A stretch of 64,000 nt of DNA from Vicugna vicugna (taxonomy: Eukaryota): the NCBI GenBank assembly GCA_013265495.1, contig MU058433.1, positions 222,820 through 286,819 of the forward strand. Reading direction: 5' to 3'. Under the pieces are notes generated by a model, which was given only the letters and a program-made list of their open reading frames with translations, was not told the origin of the DNA and did not search any database. Below, piece by piece: positions 52,900-64,000 of the stretch (positions are counted from its first letter, which is position 1; each line of letters opens with the position of its first letter). The position numbers and the translations under genes are program-made.

Positions 52900-53845
52900 G
52901 CATTTAACAAATGAAATACAAACTCCAAAAAATTAGAAAAAATAGAAAAATTGACAGAAGACTTAGACACTTCACAAAAGAGAATAAATAGCAAACAGTC
53001 ACATGAAATGTTGCATAGTATCAGTCAATAGGGAAATGCAAATTAAAACCACCAGACAACACTAAATACACTGAATATTTAAAATTAAAAGAACTGACAA
53101 TATCAATTTTTAGCATGATGTGAAGCAACTAAAACTTTCATATATTGTTGGTGAGGGTGTAAATTGACAGAAAAATTTTGGAAAACTGTTTTGCAGTACT
53201 TATTAAAGATAAATATACACTATTCTATGACCCACAAATTACACTTCCAGAAATATTCCCCAAAGATATGAGTATTTATATCTACCAAATGATATATACA
53301 TAAATGTTCAAGATAGTGCCAAAAATGTCCCCAAATTGAAAACAAGGCCCATCAATGGCAGGATGAAAAAATGTATATATATTATAGATAAGTAGGTAGG
53401 TAGATAGGACCTTTATATATAAATATATACATATATATCATATAAAATTAAATATTTGTATTATATAATATTTGTATATTTATTATGTTATAGTTATTAA
53501 ACATATATAAAGTATCATAATACTACACAGGAATTAAAAAGAATTAAGTGCTGCTATACAAGGCAATATATGAATCTTACAAATTTACTACTGAATGAGA
53601 GAAGCTAGATATAAAAGTGTATCCTGTTAATTTCTATTATATAAAGTTTTTAAAAAGACACAAGGAAATCTATGGTGCTGAGATAAAAATTGTGGTTATC
53701 TTTGGGGGCCATGTGAAAGCTTCTCGGTGGATGGAGATATTCTGAACTTGGGTCTAGGTGTTGGTAACACAGGTATACTTAAAATTTGTGCACTGTACTC
53801 TCTGTGCACTGTATGCTCTGTAAGATATAACTCAATTTAAAGAAG
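52900..53845 (+). mobile_element. Old L1 (L1MC/L1ME-type) 3' fragment
   Basis: AGGGAAATGCAAATTAAAACCAC, TTGGAAAACTGTTTTGCAGT and CTATGACCCACAAATTACACTTCC. Confidence 0.7.
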
Positions 53846-53912
53846 AGGAGTAAAAGAAAGATCTCATGGAAATGGTTGATATTATTGCAGAATTTTTTCC
53901 CAATATATTAGA

Positions 53913-54750
53913 TCAATGTTTCTCAAAATTGTTAGTCTTACTATCCAATTTACTCTATTAAATTTACTTAAATCTTAGAGAGCTTTCGTTTAACTGGTGC
54001 ATATCTACAAATATTGACTGTGTTCAAAATTAAAATAAAAATTTTAAAGTATTAGTTAATTTAAAATTATACTGTCTATTTTACATACATACACATTTTT
54101 ATGAAAAATAACTTTTTATAAGCAAACAAAAAATAGTCAGAAGTAACATTATTTTAAATTTTGCAAGTATTTTAACATCTGAGTTAATAGAAAACACCTA
54201 GATTCTATCTGCTTCTGCATGCAAGCTGTTGAACTATGTTGTTTCATTTAATACTTATGAAGAAAATATGACCCCACATAGATATATAGTTGGAAGAAGG
54301 GGAAGTCTTTCATAATTTTTTGGTTAATTGTGGACATTCTTCTTTGATACTACATCCAAAATTGACAGCATATAGTCTCTTAAAGATTAGTTGCAATGTA
54401 AAACCTGAAACCACATGATAATCTGTTGCATTAAAACTGTTGATAATCTGTTGCATTAAAATACATTGGTCTATCTTGCATTGAAATTAGTCTTCACATA
54501 CGCATCATTCTGTAACATCCAACATTTGTCAACTGGAAATATTGGCTCACTGAGTTATGCAGATCTTTCAAATGTTGACATAGTTTATTTTTACAATAGT
54601 AATCACACACCATATGGACTCTAGAAAATCCCTTGGTATATTAGTAAGAGCATGAAACTGAAAAAGGCAAATAATACCTTAATATTACTATGAAAATTGT
54701 TGGGACTTCATGGACTCTCCCAAATAGTCTTGAAGTTCTCAGGGATCCAT
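53913..54750. mobile_element. hAT DNA transposon remnant (Charlie1-like)
   Basis: CAATGTTTCTCAAA start, TTCTGCATGCAAGCTGTTG, ATATTGGCTCACTGAGTTATGCAGATCTTTCAAATGTTGACA resemble Charlie1 as recalled. Internal 25-bp tandem duplication at ~54416-54461. Confidence 0.65.
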
Positions 54751-55592
54751 GTGTAACAAACACTTCAACATGTGTCTCATTTGATGTTCCAGAGGTAAAA
54801 GTGGAGGGAACAAGATAGATGACTGATGATCAGTGAACCAGGGAGAAGGTATTATTGAACTGAAAGATTACAAGGGAAAAACTATATCCAAAATGTTTTC
54901 ACACATCTGGTAGTTGTGAGCATTATTTACACGGTGTCCATGAGTATTCTAAATAAGTAGTTTTATGCAATAGTGAAAACTCTCTGATATCAGTAAATAA
55001 CTGAGGAATAATAAATCAATATTCAGAAACAGCATAGGTGTTTTGACTCATCTATTGCATTTGTTATTTTTTGAGGACTAACCTATACATTACACATATT
55101 CTTTACTTCTTGAGTAAATTGGTCTGCATCGCTTTTTATAATATAATGTTTACTGAGTGGTATTCTTTTAAAATCCATGACTTCCATTTTTATCTGTATA
55201 TTATCATCATAGTTCATAAACTGAATTTTGGCATCAAAGACTGCCAAGCCTGGGAAATATCCTGAAAAGCCATTTCATTTCTCATCTATGGGAAAGATTA
55301 CATAGGCAAGACTCTTAAGAACTCTCAAAAGGTTAAGAAAATATCTTACATGGATATATTAGAGGAAATCTGTAGCAAGTCAGTATCAATGACTTGGTTA
55401 AAACTGGTCATGGAGAAAAAATTAGAGAAAGCACTGGAATATAAATCCAGAATTCTCTCTACATTTTCCCACTATAGTTGCAAAAAACAAATAAATTGTG
55501 GAAAAGGCATGATATCACATGTGAGTGATTGTGTGATATCATACATAAGTTTCTTCTTTGTTGTTTTTCATTCATCTTTCTTCTATCTAATT

Positions 55593-56558
55593 TCAGTTGT
55601 CCTGAACACTTTCACCTTTCTCACCCTGGAAGAGCTTTATGACATTGTCTCGAATCTGTTTTGTCTTTACTCCATAAACAATGGGATTCAGAGTTGGGGG
55701 AAGAAGCAGATAAAGATTAGCCACAATGATGTGAAGAGAAGTGGGAATGGTGTGTCCTCCGAAACGATGTGTAAAGAAAGTAAAGAATGCTGGAACATAG
55801 GTGATAATGATGGCAGATATATGGGCAGTGCAGGTGCTGAAGGCCTTCTGCCGAGTGTCTGCTGATGAGAGGCTAACCACTGTCCGGAGGATCATAGTGT
55901 AAGACACAGATACACAGCAGATGTCAAACACTCCAATCAGGAGGGCAACCATCAGACCATAGATGACATTGACCTTGATACTGGCACAAGATAACTTCAC
56001 CACTGACATGTGGTCACAATATGTATGAGAGACAATATTGCTTTGGCAGAAGGGCAAACGCTTGACCAAAAATGGAAAAGGAATCATCAGCAACACACCC
56101 CTCAGGAAAGTGGCAAGCCCAGCTTTGGCAATGATAGGGTTAGTGAGTATGGTAGCATAACGTAATGGATAGCAAATGGCCAGATAGCAGTCCAGGGCCA
56201 TAAGCATGAGCACACCAGACTCCACACCTGTGAACCCATGGACAAAGAACATCTGGGCTAAGCAAGCATTGAAATTAATTTCCTTGAGATTGAACCAGAA
56301 GATGCAGAGGGCATTGGGTAGAGTAGTGGTGCAGGTAAAGAGGTCAATGAGGGAAAGCATTGCCAGAAAAAAGTACATTGGACGATGTAAGGACTCCTCA
56401 TGATGAATAAGGTACACAAGGCCAAGGTTTCCCACGAGGGAGATGATGTACATTGTGCAGAGTGGGAGGGAGATCCATATATGTGCTCTTTCCAGACCAG
56501 GAACTCCATTAAGAATAAAAGATTTGGGGGTCATATATGAATTGTTGGAAACCAGCAT
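55593..56558 (-). CDS. OR52N5: Olfactory receptor 52N5, full-length 321 aa ORF with a DRY to DCY change
   Basis: WISLPLCTMYII, TCTTTLPNALCIFWF, MFFVHGFTGVESG, KRLPFCQSNI and TYVPAFFTFF match OR52N5 as recalled. Minus-strand acceptor TTTCTTCTCAG at 56611-56601. Confidence 0.9.
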   Translation of the reverse strand: MLVSNNSYMTPKSFILNGVPGLERAHIWISLPLCTMYIISLVGNLGLVYLIHHEESLHRPMYFFLAMLSLIDLFTCTTTLPNALCIFWFNLKEINFNACLAQMFFVHGFTGVESGVLMLMALDCYLAICYPLRYATILTNPIIAKAGLATFLRGVLLMIPFPFLVKRLPFCQSNIVSHTYCDHMSVVKLSCASIKVNVIYGLMVALLIGVFDICCVSVSYTMILRTVVSLSSADTRQKAFSTCTAHISAIIITYVPAFFTFFTHRFGGHTIPTSLHIIVANLYLLLPPTLNPIVYGVKTKQIRDNVIKLFQGEKGESVQDN

Positions 56559-59500
56559 AACCAGTTCAACAGAGAAACTATTTCTCCATAAGTCTCTATC
56601 CTGAGAAGAAACTAAAAAAATAGAAATCTAATTCAGATCATCCTTGAGAATGCAGACTTAAATCTGGAATAAAATTATATTTATAATAGAACCAACAATT
56701 GTTAATAATAGAGACTAGGAAAAGGCACAGCTTATTGAATAATAGTATATTATAGGTAATTTTTTTTTAATTTTATAAACAATCTAAATATAATTTTAAA
56801 GCCATAATTACAAAGTTGTAGTTTCTGTTTTGTCATCAGATAGAAGAAGAAACTGAGGCACAGGAAGACTGAATAATGTTGAATGTCACAAAGCTAGATT
56901 CAGAGACAGAAATGATATTCATATATGACTCTAACATTCATGCAATGTCTTTACTCTGCATCCTGGTTTGACAGAGTACATAGCTTATGACAGCAAGTTA
57001 TAATTGTATGAAAGAAATAGCACAGAATTTATTTATTACATTAATTTTGTGTGGCAAAATATAAGGCAAAAGTATGGTTATTTACACAAAATAAGATCTT
57101 ATTCAAATTTCAGTTCTTTCTATACCAATTGTATGACTTCACTCTTAAAGTTTCAGTGTCCATCTATAATGCAAGGCTAGTGACACCTACCTCAAGGAGT
57201 TCTGAAAAAATAATCAGAAATGTATTTTACTCCTCGACTAGTATCTGGCGGATTGAATACACTAATTCAAAATGCAAGTGTGGATGTTAAATGGATATGA
57301 GATATAAGGATAGTGGCCACGAGGGTCAATCTAACTTGATTGTTCCATGAAAAAGAAAAAGAAAAAATCTCCCTTTCTCAAATACCCTATAATCCTTCAA
57401 GGTCATTAAGGTAATCTATTTCCTTTCTATGTCTTCTGTTTTCACATAATTCCTGAGAAGCATATTCTTGGGACTCTCCCTTTATTCTCTCTCTTGGAAA
57501 CATTTCCACTCTCATGACCTCAAGCATAGCCAACATGAAGATAATTTTCAGATAATTAATTTTATAAGAAAGCTATGTCACAATTGTTGAGTCTCCCTTC
57601 TAAATGCATACTGGATATTGCCATCTTAAATGTCCACAGACAGTTTAAATCCATCATGTCCAAGACTAAATCAGTACTTCAACCTCTATCCCATGTCAAA
57701 ATAAGCTCCATTTCTGAGCTCTGTCTTTCAGATAATGGTGTCATCTCCTACCACATGATCTACCAATGTCTCTGTGACCTTCTCAGGTGCGCCTCTACCT
57801 CATCTTGGGTATGTTTTCTCAGGGCGCCTGAGTTCTTACTCTGTCCAGGTCACCTCATCATGTGTATTATCTGTGCTCCATCCTCTCAGACAAGGAAAGG
57901 AATATGTTTTCAATCCAGAAATATTTTTAATATCAGCCCTTCCTTTCTATTACTACTCACTGTCTTTTAAAGACCACCCAGCTACATGCACTATTCCTTT
58001 GTTTTGCCTCTTGTATTTTTCAAATTGAATTTGTCCTTTGGCATAATTTTGAAGGCATTTTAATCTATTACTTTAATGTCTTCTCATCAATTTGAGTGTA
58101 GAGCTCAGATTTCTTGGCATGGCATTGAATAAAGTAAAATTTAGTTTTTAGTTTCTCTTTCCCATGTTATTTCTTTCCATTCCCTAAGCACCCAAAAGTG
58201 TCCTGGTCTGGATGATGAATTACATGGTCATTGTATCCTAGCATTTCATGCTTAAACTTTGCTGACTACTTGCAAATCCCAAAATACTACATATAACTTC
58301 AAGCCTATGTTGTTTTGCTCAATTTATTTCTCTTATTTGAAAACACCTCTGCCGCTGAGAGATAGAATGTCACTTCCTTTAAAGAGGAGGGTGCATTTCA
58401 GAGTCCAGGATAAGCTACTGTCACTAATTCCTAGGCCCAAGTACAGGATGTTTAAATTTGCTTGCCCAAAGCTATTAGTGGCCAATTCAGAATAAAATCT
58501 AGGTCTATCTAGCTCAGACTTTACATCTGCTTCACAGAACCAAATCCTTGATAAAGGTGAACGAGCAATTGGTCAGTGATTTCTCACTTGTTTGTTTTTG
58601 TGTTTCTTTGCTTGCTTGTTTTCTCTGAGGAATCTTTATAATCTGGGACATCTAAATCTCCCACTTCTTATGACTTCTCCTTGCCCAGTACTCCAGCCAT
58701 CTTCCAAGTAAAGAATAAGAGGATTGTGTGGGGTGACTGATACTTTCTTTTTCAAAGGGGAAGGTAATCTGGTTACAAGTACCATTCAGACTTACCCTGA
58801 ACCTCTCTTACTTCTTGATTTTTGCCTGTGGTTCTGGAGAAGTAAAAAGGAGACAGAATATAGAGAAGTGTTGGGAGTACAACGACAAAGGCACAGGAAG
58901 ACAAGTCCACTTCCAGGTCTTTTTTCAGTCTTGCATTGAGCCTTTTTCAATGAAAGTGACAAAACAATACACTGTACTACAAAAAACATACCACATGGAG
59001 ATGTGCTTCACCTTACCACCTCGTATCAGTCACAATTTCTCTTCCCTCCTTCATAACAGTAGGTTCCATTACCTGATCCAGGTGTCTAAACCTGCAGGAT
59101 ATCACTGGGGCTTCTGCTGTTTCCTCATCCCATGTTGGGCAGCCATTTGATGCAAAGCTTGTGCTGTGCCCATTGTTGACTCTGGCTCTTTAAAGAGAAA
59201 ATAGGCTTCTTTAGAATATCACTTGATCACAGCCCTCAGAAAAATCAGGATGAATCAGGTAACTGCTTAGGACCCAGGAAGGCCAACAAAGCTTGCTTTT
59301 TCACTTTCTTTTCACTTTCATGTTGTGCTTCTCTAAAGATGGCCTAGGTCAGCAGTTTTAAAGAGGAATTTAGGCTCTGGGACACAGGAATCAGATCCTA
59401 TCAGGCATCTGAAGAATCCTGTCCATGGTCCTCTGGAGAGGACTATCAGAAAAAAAGCTGGATTCAGAAAAGAGAGCTCTAGATTCTCTGAGACTTGTTT

Positions 59501-60729
59501 CATCTTTTATTATTGTTGTTCTAAAATTTTCTTCCTGAAATGTTAAATTCAATTTTAGTTTCACATGGTGCTATCACTAAGACTGAATATTTCAAGTGTA
59601 TGGACTCTAAATTAAACAGTTTCATTTGTTAATTTTTTTTAAATTCCACTAAGCATCCACCAAGTGCCAGACAACGTACACTTTGGCATTTAGCATAAGG
59701 CTTTTCTGCGCCTCCACTCTGGTTCTTCTAGGTTTACCTTGTGTATAAACAGCCAACTTGCATACAACTTAAATATTTACCCACATGTCTAAAGAAAGAA
59801 AACAGTAGCAGTACTCTTTACTTGCTTGTTTAACTATTTAAATATTTACTTATTTATTATTTAATTAATTTATGAACTTAATTAAATTCCTATAATGAAT
59901 ATGCCAGTTTAATATTACCATACTTATTTTATCTAACCAAAATGCAACATGTTCAATAGCTTGCCAAAAAATAAAGAATTTTGTGCTCTCTACACTAGAT
60001 ACTAATGAAACATATCCCCTTCTTTCTTAATCCAAATCAGTTTCTCTACTTGAAAGTTACCTTTCTCCCACTCTGCTACCCTCATATTTTCCCCATTTTT
60101 TCATAATGATGATAATAACCTGGAGACCTATATACCAGAACTATTTGTGTATTTATCACATCCCTCTACTGACTTGTGAGCTATTTTGGTACATAAGCCA
60201 AATCTGCTACCTGTTTTATCCCATGAATGAAGATAGTATCTGGATTAAAAAAAGAAGTAAGTTGGAATTAGATTGGCTGACTGCACGTTGCATAACTGAA
60301 CTGAAGAAAGAAAAGGCAGTGGGAAAGGGTGGGCTAGTGACTTCAAGGGAAAAGAATGTACCTATTTATCTTTTCCTGATTTAAGGCATCTTAGAGTTAC
60401 TATTGTCTAATTCTCTGTGTCTCTCATAATGTCACATAGTTATAAAAATAAATAATAGAAAGAGAAGAACTCTCTTATACTCTAAAGGAGATTCTGGGAA
60501 TCTCTAGCTTCTTTCTTGCCAACAAAAGAGCACACATCCCTTACTAGAACTATCTCCACTTTGAAGATGATATAATCATGTTCTTCCTAAATTTTCCCAG
60601 GCTAAGAATTCACCAAGCAACATCCTCTGTACGGCAATGCCCTTGATCCTTGTAATGACACAGGCAGACTGGCACAAGACTAGGTTTTGTCATAAAATAA
60701 GCCCAGAATCAAATGTCTAGAAGTCATTT

Positions 60730-61060
60730 CCTTACCCACACATATCTCCAGACAAGAAGGAATATGAAAGGTGCTCATGCCAGAGAGAGAGAATGTACAC
60801 AAGGGTAGCGCCCTGGTACCACCTTATAGTCCTTATATCTCAAGCATTTAGTCTAGAAGGCTTCCCCCCAGGAAACAGACATAATTTCATATCCTCAGGA
60901 ATCCCAAGCTTCAGTGTGAAACAGGGCTTAAGAGCTCCCAGAGACCATGGATCCCTAAGGGAAAGCTTGATACAAAGCTTTAGATACTTGGGAAAAATTA
61001 AAACCCCCAACCATAACAGGTCTCCAAATAAGAGGAGTCCAGAAAATGATTCCCATGGTA
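60730..61060 (-). promoter_or_regulatory. Possible OR52N5 promoter with a cluster of O/E-like sites
   Basis: CCCCCAGGAA, TCCTCAGGAA, TCCCAGAGAC and TCCCTAAGGGA lie within ~100 bp. Minus-strand donor-like TGG|GTAAGG at 60730-60738 and a second donor AGG|GTAAGT at 58790-58798. Confidence 0.3.
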
Positions 61061-61364
61061 CAGATATCCCACCATTAGGATTACAAGTTGGAAACGCTTA
61101 TCTAGGGCAATTACAAATAAAGCAAAATATCTGTGTGTGTGACTGTGTGATGTATTTAGTTGTTCTTTCATTATGAATTCTAAAATATTATACTCACTAA
61201 TTAAAAAAGAGAAAAATACAGCAATAAAAACATTTTTAAAGAACACATTTTCAACAGTAAGAAATACATGCTACTAGGATTTTGTGTTTCTTTATTTCCA
61301 TGCATATGTAATTTTAAGAAATCAGAGTCACAAGGTGTTTCTTGCTGATTGCTCCAATTTATAT

Positions 61365-61882
61365 ATGCAGACAACGAAATATTATTCAGCCATAAGAAAG
61401 AAAAAACCCCACCATTTGTGATTACATGGATGAATCTTGAACAATTCATGATATGTGAGATAAGTCAGATAAAGACAAGTACTGTATAATATCATTTATA
61501 TGTAGCATCTGAAAAAGCCAATTCATAAAAACAGAGAGTAGAATGGTGGTTACAAAAAGGTTGGGGGTGGGGAATTGGGTAAATGTTGTTTAAGGGTACA
61601 AATCTGGAATCATTAGATAAATAAATCCTGGAGGTATAATACTCAGCATAGTGACTAAAGATGACAACATTATATGATAAACTTCAAAGTTGCTAACAGA
61701 CTAGATCTTAATTGTTCTCACCACATAAAGGAAATGGTAACTGCATGGCATGATAGGGGCATTAGCTATGGTGGTAATCATATAGCAATATGCAAATGTA
61801 TCAAATAACACATGTTGTACACCTTAAACTCGTATCATGTTATATGTCAATTATATCTCATAAAAATAAAATTTTTAAAAAG
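61365..61882 (+). mobile_element. L1MA-type 3' end
   Basis: GAAATATTATTCAGCCATAAG..CTAGATCTTAATTGTTCTCACCAC..GTTATATGTCAATTATATCTCATAAAAATAAA. Confidence 0.8.
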
Positions 61883-62184
61883 GACGAATAAATTATCAGT
61901 TTATTATTATCAGTGACTTATACACTAATTTAAATAAGTTTATTCAAATCACTTTTTAAAATTATTTATAAAAGGCTATCCTTGTCAAGAAAATGAAAAT
62001 AAATATGCAGTTATAAGTTAAAATAGAGGAGAGTGCTGTGTTTCTCCTGGCATTAAAAAGTACCAAATTGCGTGGAGACAGATAGCAAAATATAAATAAT
62101 AAAAGTAGTAAGGGAAGTGATTAGCAATGAATGAACGATTTCAACAAATTCTTGGAAGAAATAACATGAGATGGTGTTAATGAA

Positions 62185-62395
62185 AGAAAGAATGCAATCA
62201 ACAGAGTGAAAGGCGATCTATGGAATGGGGGAAAATATTTGGAAATTATACATCTAATAAAGGATTAATATCCAAAATATATAAGGAACTCCTACAACAA
62301 CTCAATTACAAAAAAAGTTAATAATCCAATTTTTTAAAAAGAGCTATGAATATATAGTTCCCTAGAGAAGATATACAAATGGCCAACAGGTATAT
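62185..62395 (+). mobile_element. L1 ORF2 3' fragment
   Basis: ATCAACAGAGTGAAAGG..TGGAATGGGGGAAAATATTTG..GAAGATATACAAATGGCCAACAGG. Confidence 0.75.
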
Positions 62396-63139
62396 GATTT
62401 TATTATATACATTCACACCCAATTCATGTGAATATTCATATAATTACAGCAATTCAGATACTGCTTATTAGTTTTCAACTATTATAATCAAATAATACAC
62501 AAATCTGGGAAGATTGTCAGAATCATAGCAAGTGGTAATGATCTCAAGAACAGATAATTAAAGACATTAACATTGAGGTTGGAAGTAGCCTGGAAAGAAG
62601 AATACACATACATACATATTTATATGTATATTTGTGTGTGATTTACGTATATGTGTGTGTGTACATGTATAACACTTGTGTATACCTGTATAAATGTATA
62701 CACATACACACAGACACACACATATAAGTCACACACAGATGACATATTGGAATTGAGTTAACATCTTCATTGTCTATAACAGAGTAGCTGGTAATCAAAC
62801 TAAAGGTCATACACAGCTTGGAATAAAAGAAGTGACCACCAAAGAACAACAGTAGCATCCATGCACACATACAATGGTTTTAACTCTACCTCCGCAAGAG
62901 AATGAGATGGAAGAGACTTTCAAGATGAAGGTTTTGAATTTTTTCCTATGATTATCTTGTCTATGTTGTTTGATTATAATTTTTATAAATGCACATATTA
63001 TTTGCACTAAATTCAGCATACTTCTGAAAGAAAAGAAAGCATACATATTTTGTAAGCCAAAGACAGATTGCATAGGAGGCAAGGAAGAAAATGTTTCACA
63101 GTTTAGGGAGGTCAGAGAGTGTGCCCAAGACATGTTATT

Positions 63140-63419
63140 ATACACTATTTTTTTTAATTGAATTACAGTCAATTACAATGTGTCAATCTCTGGTGTACAG
63201 CACAACATCCCAGTCTTGCATATACATATATATATATTCATTTCCATGTTTTTTCCATTAAAGGTTATTACAGTATATTGATCATAGTTACCCATGCTAT
63301 ACAAAAGAAACTTTTTTAACCTATTTTTATATATAGTAGCTAATATTTGTAAATCTCAAACTCCCAAGTTTATCCCCTCCCATCCCCTTTCCCCCGTAAC
63401 CATAAGATTGTTTACTAAG
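63140..63419 (-). mobile_element. Young 5'-truncated L1 3' end (camelid-like) with perfect TSD
   Basis: Poly(T) followed by TACAATGTGTCAATCTCTGGTGTACAGCACAAC..CATTAAAGGTTATTAC. 15-bp TSD CCAAGACATGTTATT at 63125-63139 and 63420-63434. Confidence 0.85.
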
Positions 63420-64000
63420 CCAAGACATGTTATTTTAAATAAGTATTTTATTGAATTATAATATGCATGCAAAAAAGAGCACACATCATAAATTTACAGG
63501 TTCATTAAACGTCACCAAGTAGATATACCTCGTAATTGTCATTCGGGTCAAGAACTAAATCATTGGCAGCACCTCAGAAGCATCCCTCATATCCTGTCCA
63601 ATCATTACCTGAACTCTCATTCTTAAAGATTTCTAACACCATGAATTAATTATGTCTGCTTGTGAGCTTCATAAAAATAAAATCATACAATATATATTAC
63701 TTTGTATCTTTCATTTGACGTTGTATTTGAATTGACCACAGTTATTTGTTTATCCAGCTTCATGTTGATGGACATAGCTTCTGGGTATTTTGAGTACGCT
63801 GCACCTTACACCTTGACAAGTTTTCTGGTGAGCACATGTATACTTTGCTGATACACAGTTGGCAAACTTAAGAAAGAAAACAGCAGTCAAGAACTTGCGA
63901 AATAAGAATGAACGCCAAATAGTTTTGGCAGGAGAATGCTGAGATAAATAATTAGCACAGACAATGATGAACACAGCTCACGTTTTGTGAAAGATTTAAA

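Noticed and set aside
55350..55865. 171-aa ORF antisense to the 3' end of OR52N5
   Set aside because: No recognisable domain; largely a shadow frame of the OR CDS plus AT-rich UTR.
503..63974. Remaining 60-140 aa ORFs in the track
   Set aside because: Many start at TTG/GTG, are low-complexity or fall in repeats, and none resembles a protein family I recognise.

Overview
AT-rich mammalian genomic DNA holding part of a class I olfactory receptor (OR) cluster. Gene order: OR52N4-like pseudogene A (+), OR56B1 (+, intact), three tandem OR52N4-like pseudogenes B, C and D (+), OR56B2 (+, intact) and OR52N5 (-, full ORF but DRY changed to DCY). By recall this resembles the human 11p15.4 block next to TRIM5/TRIM22, with extra OR52N4 copies. 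The youngest L1 3' ends look cetartiodactyl and probably camelid, and I saw no Bov-tA, PRE or Alu SINEs, so the species call is an inference. The rest is L1/L2/MIR remnants, solo LTRs and a Charlie element. I found no convincing new biological system. The most notable observations are: (1) a degraded PLS3 retrocopy missed by the ORF track, which keeps only the 5' end of the mRNA and seems to carry an extra 5'UTR exon; (2) a ~580 bp tract without substitutions, including a shared frameshift, between two otherwise anciently diverged OR52N4 copies (gene conversion or assembly artefact); (3) two different 1-bp deletions within ~5 bp of each other in three copies; (4) copy D flanked by an LTR at its splice acceptor and a deletion junction into a second LTR. 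All family and orthologue names come from recall, not from database searches.
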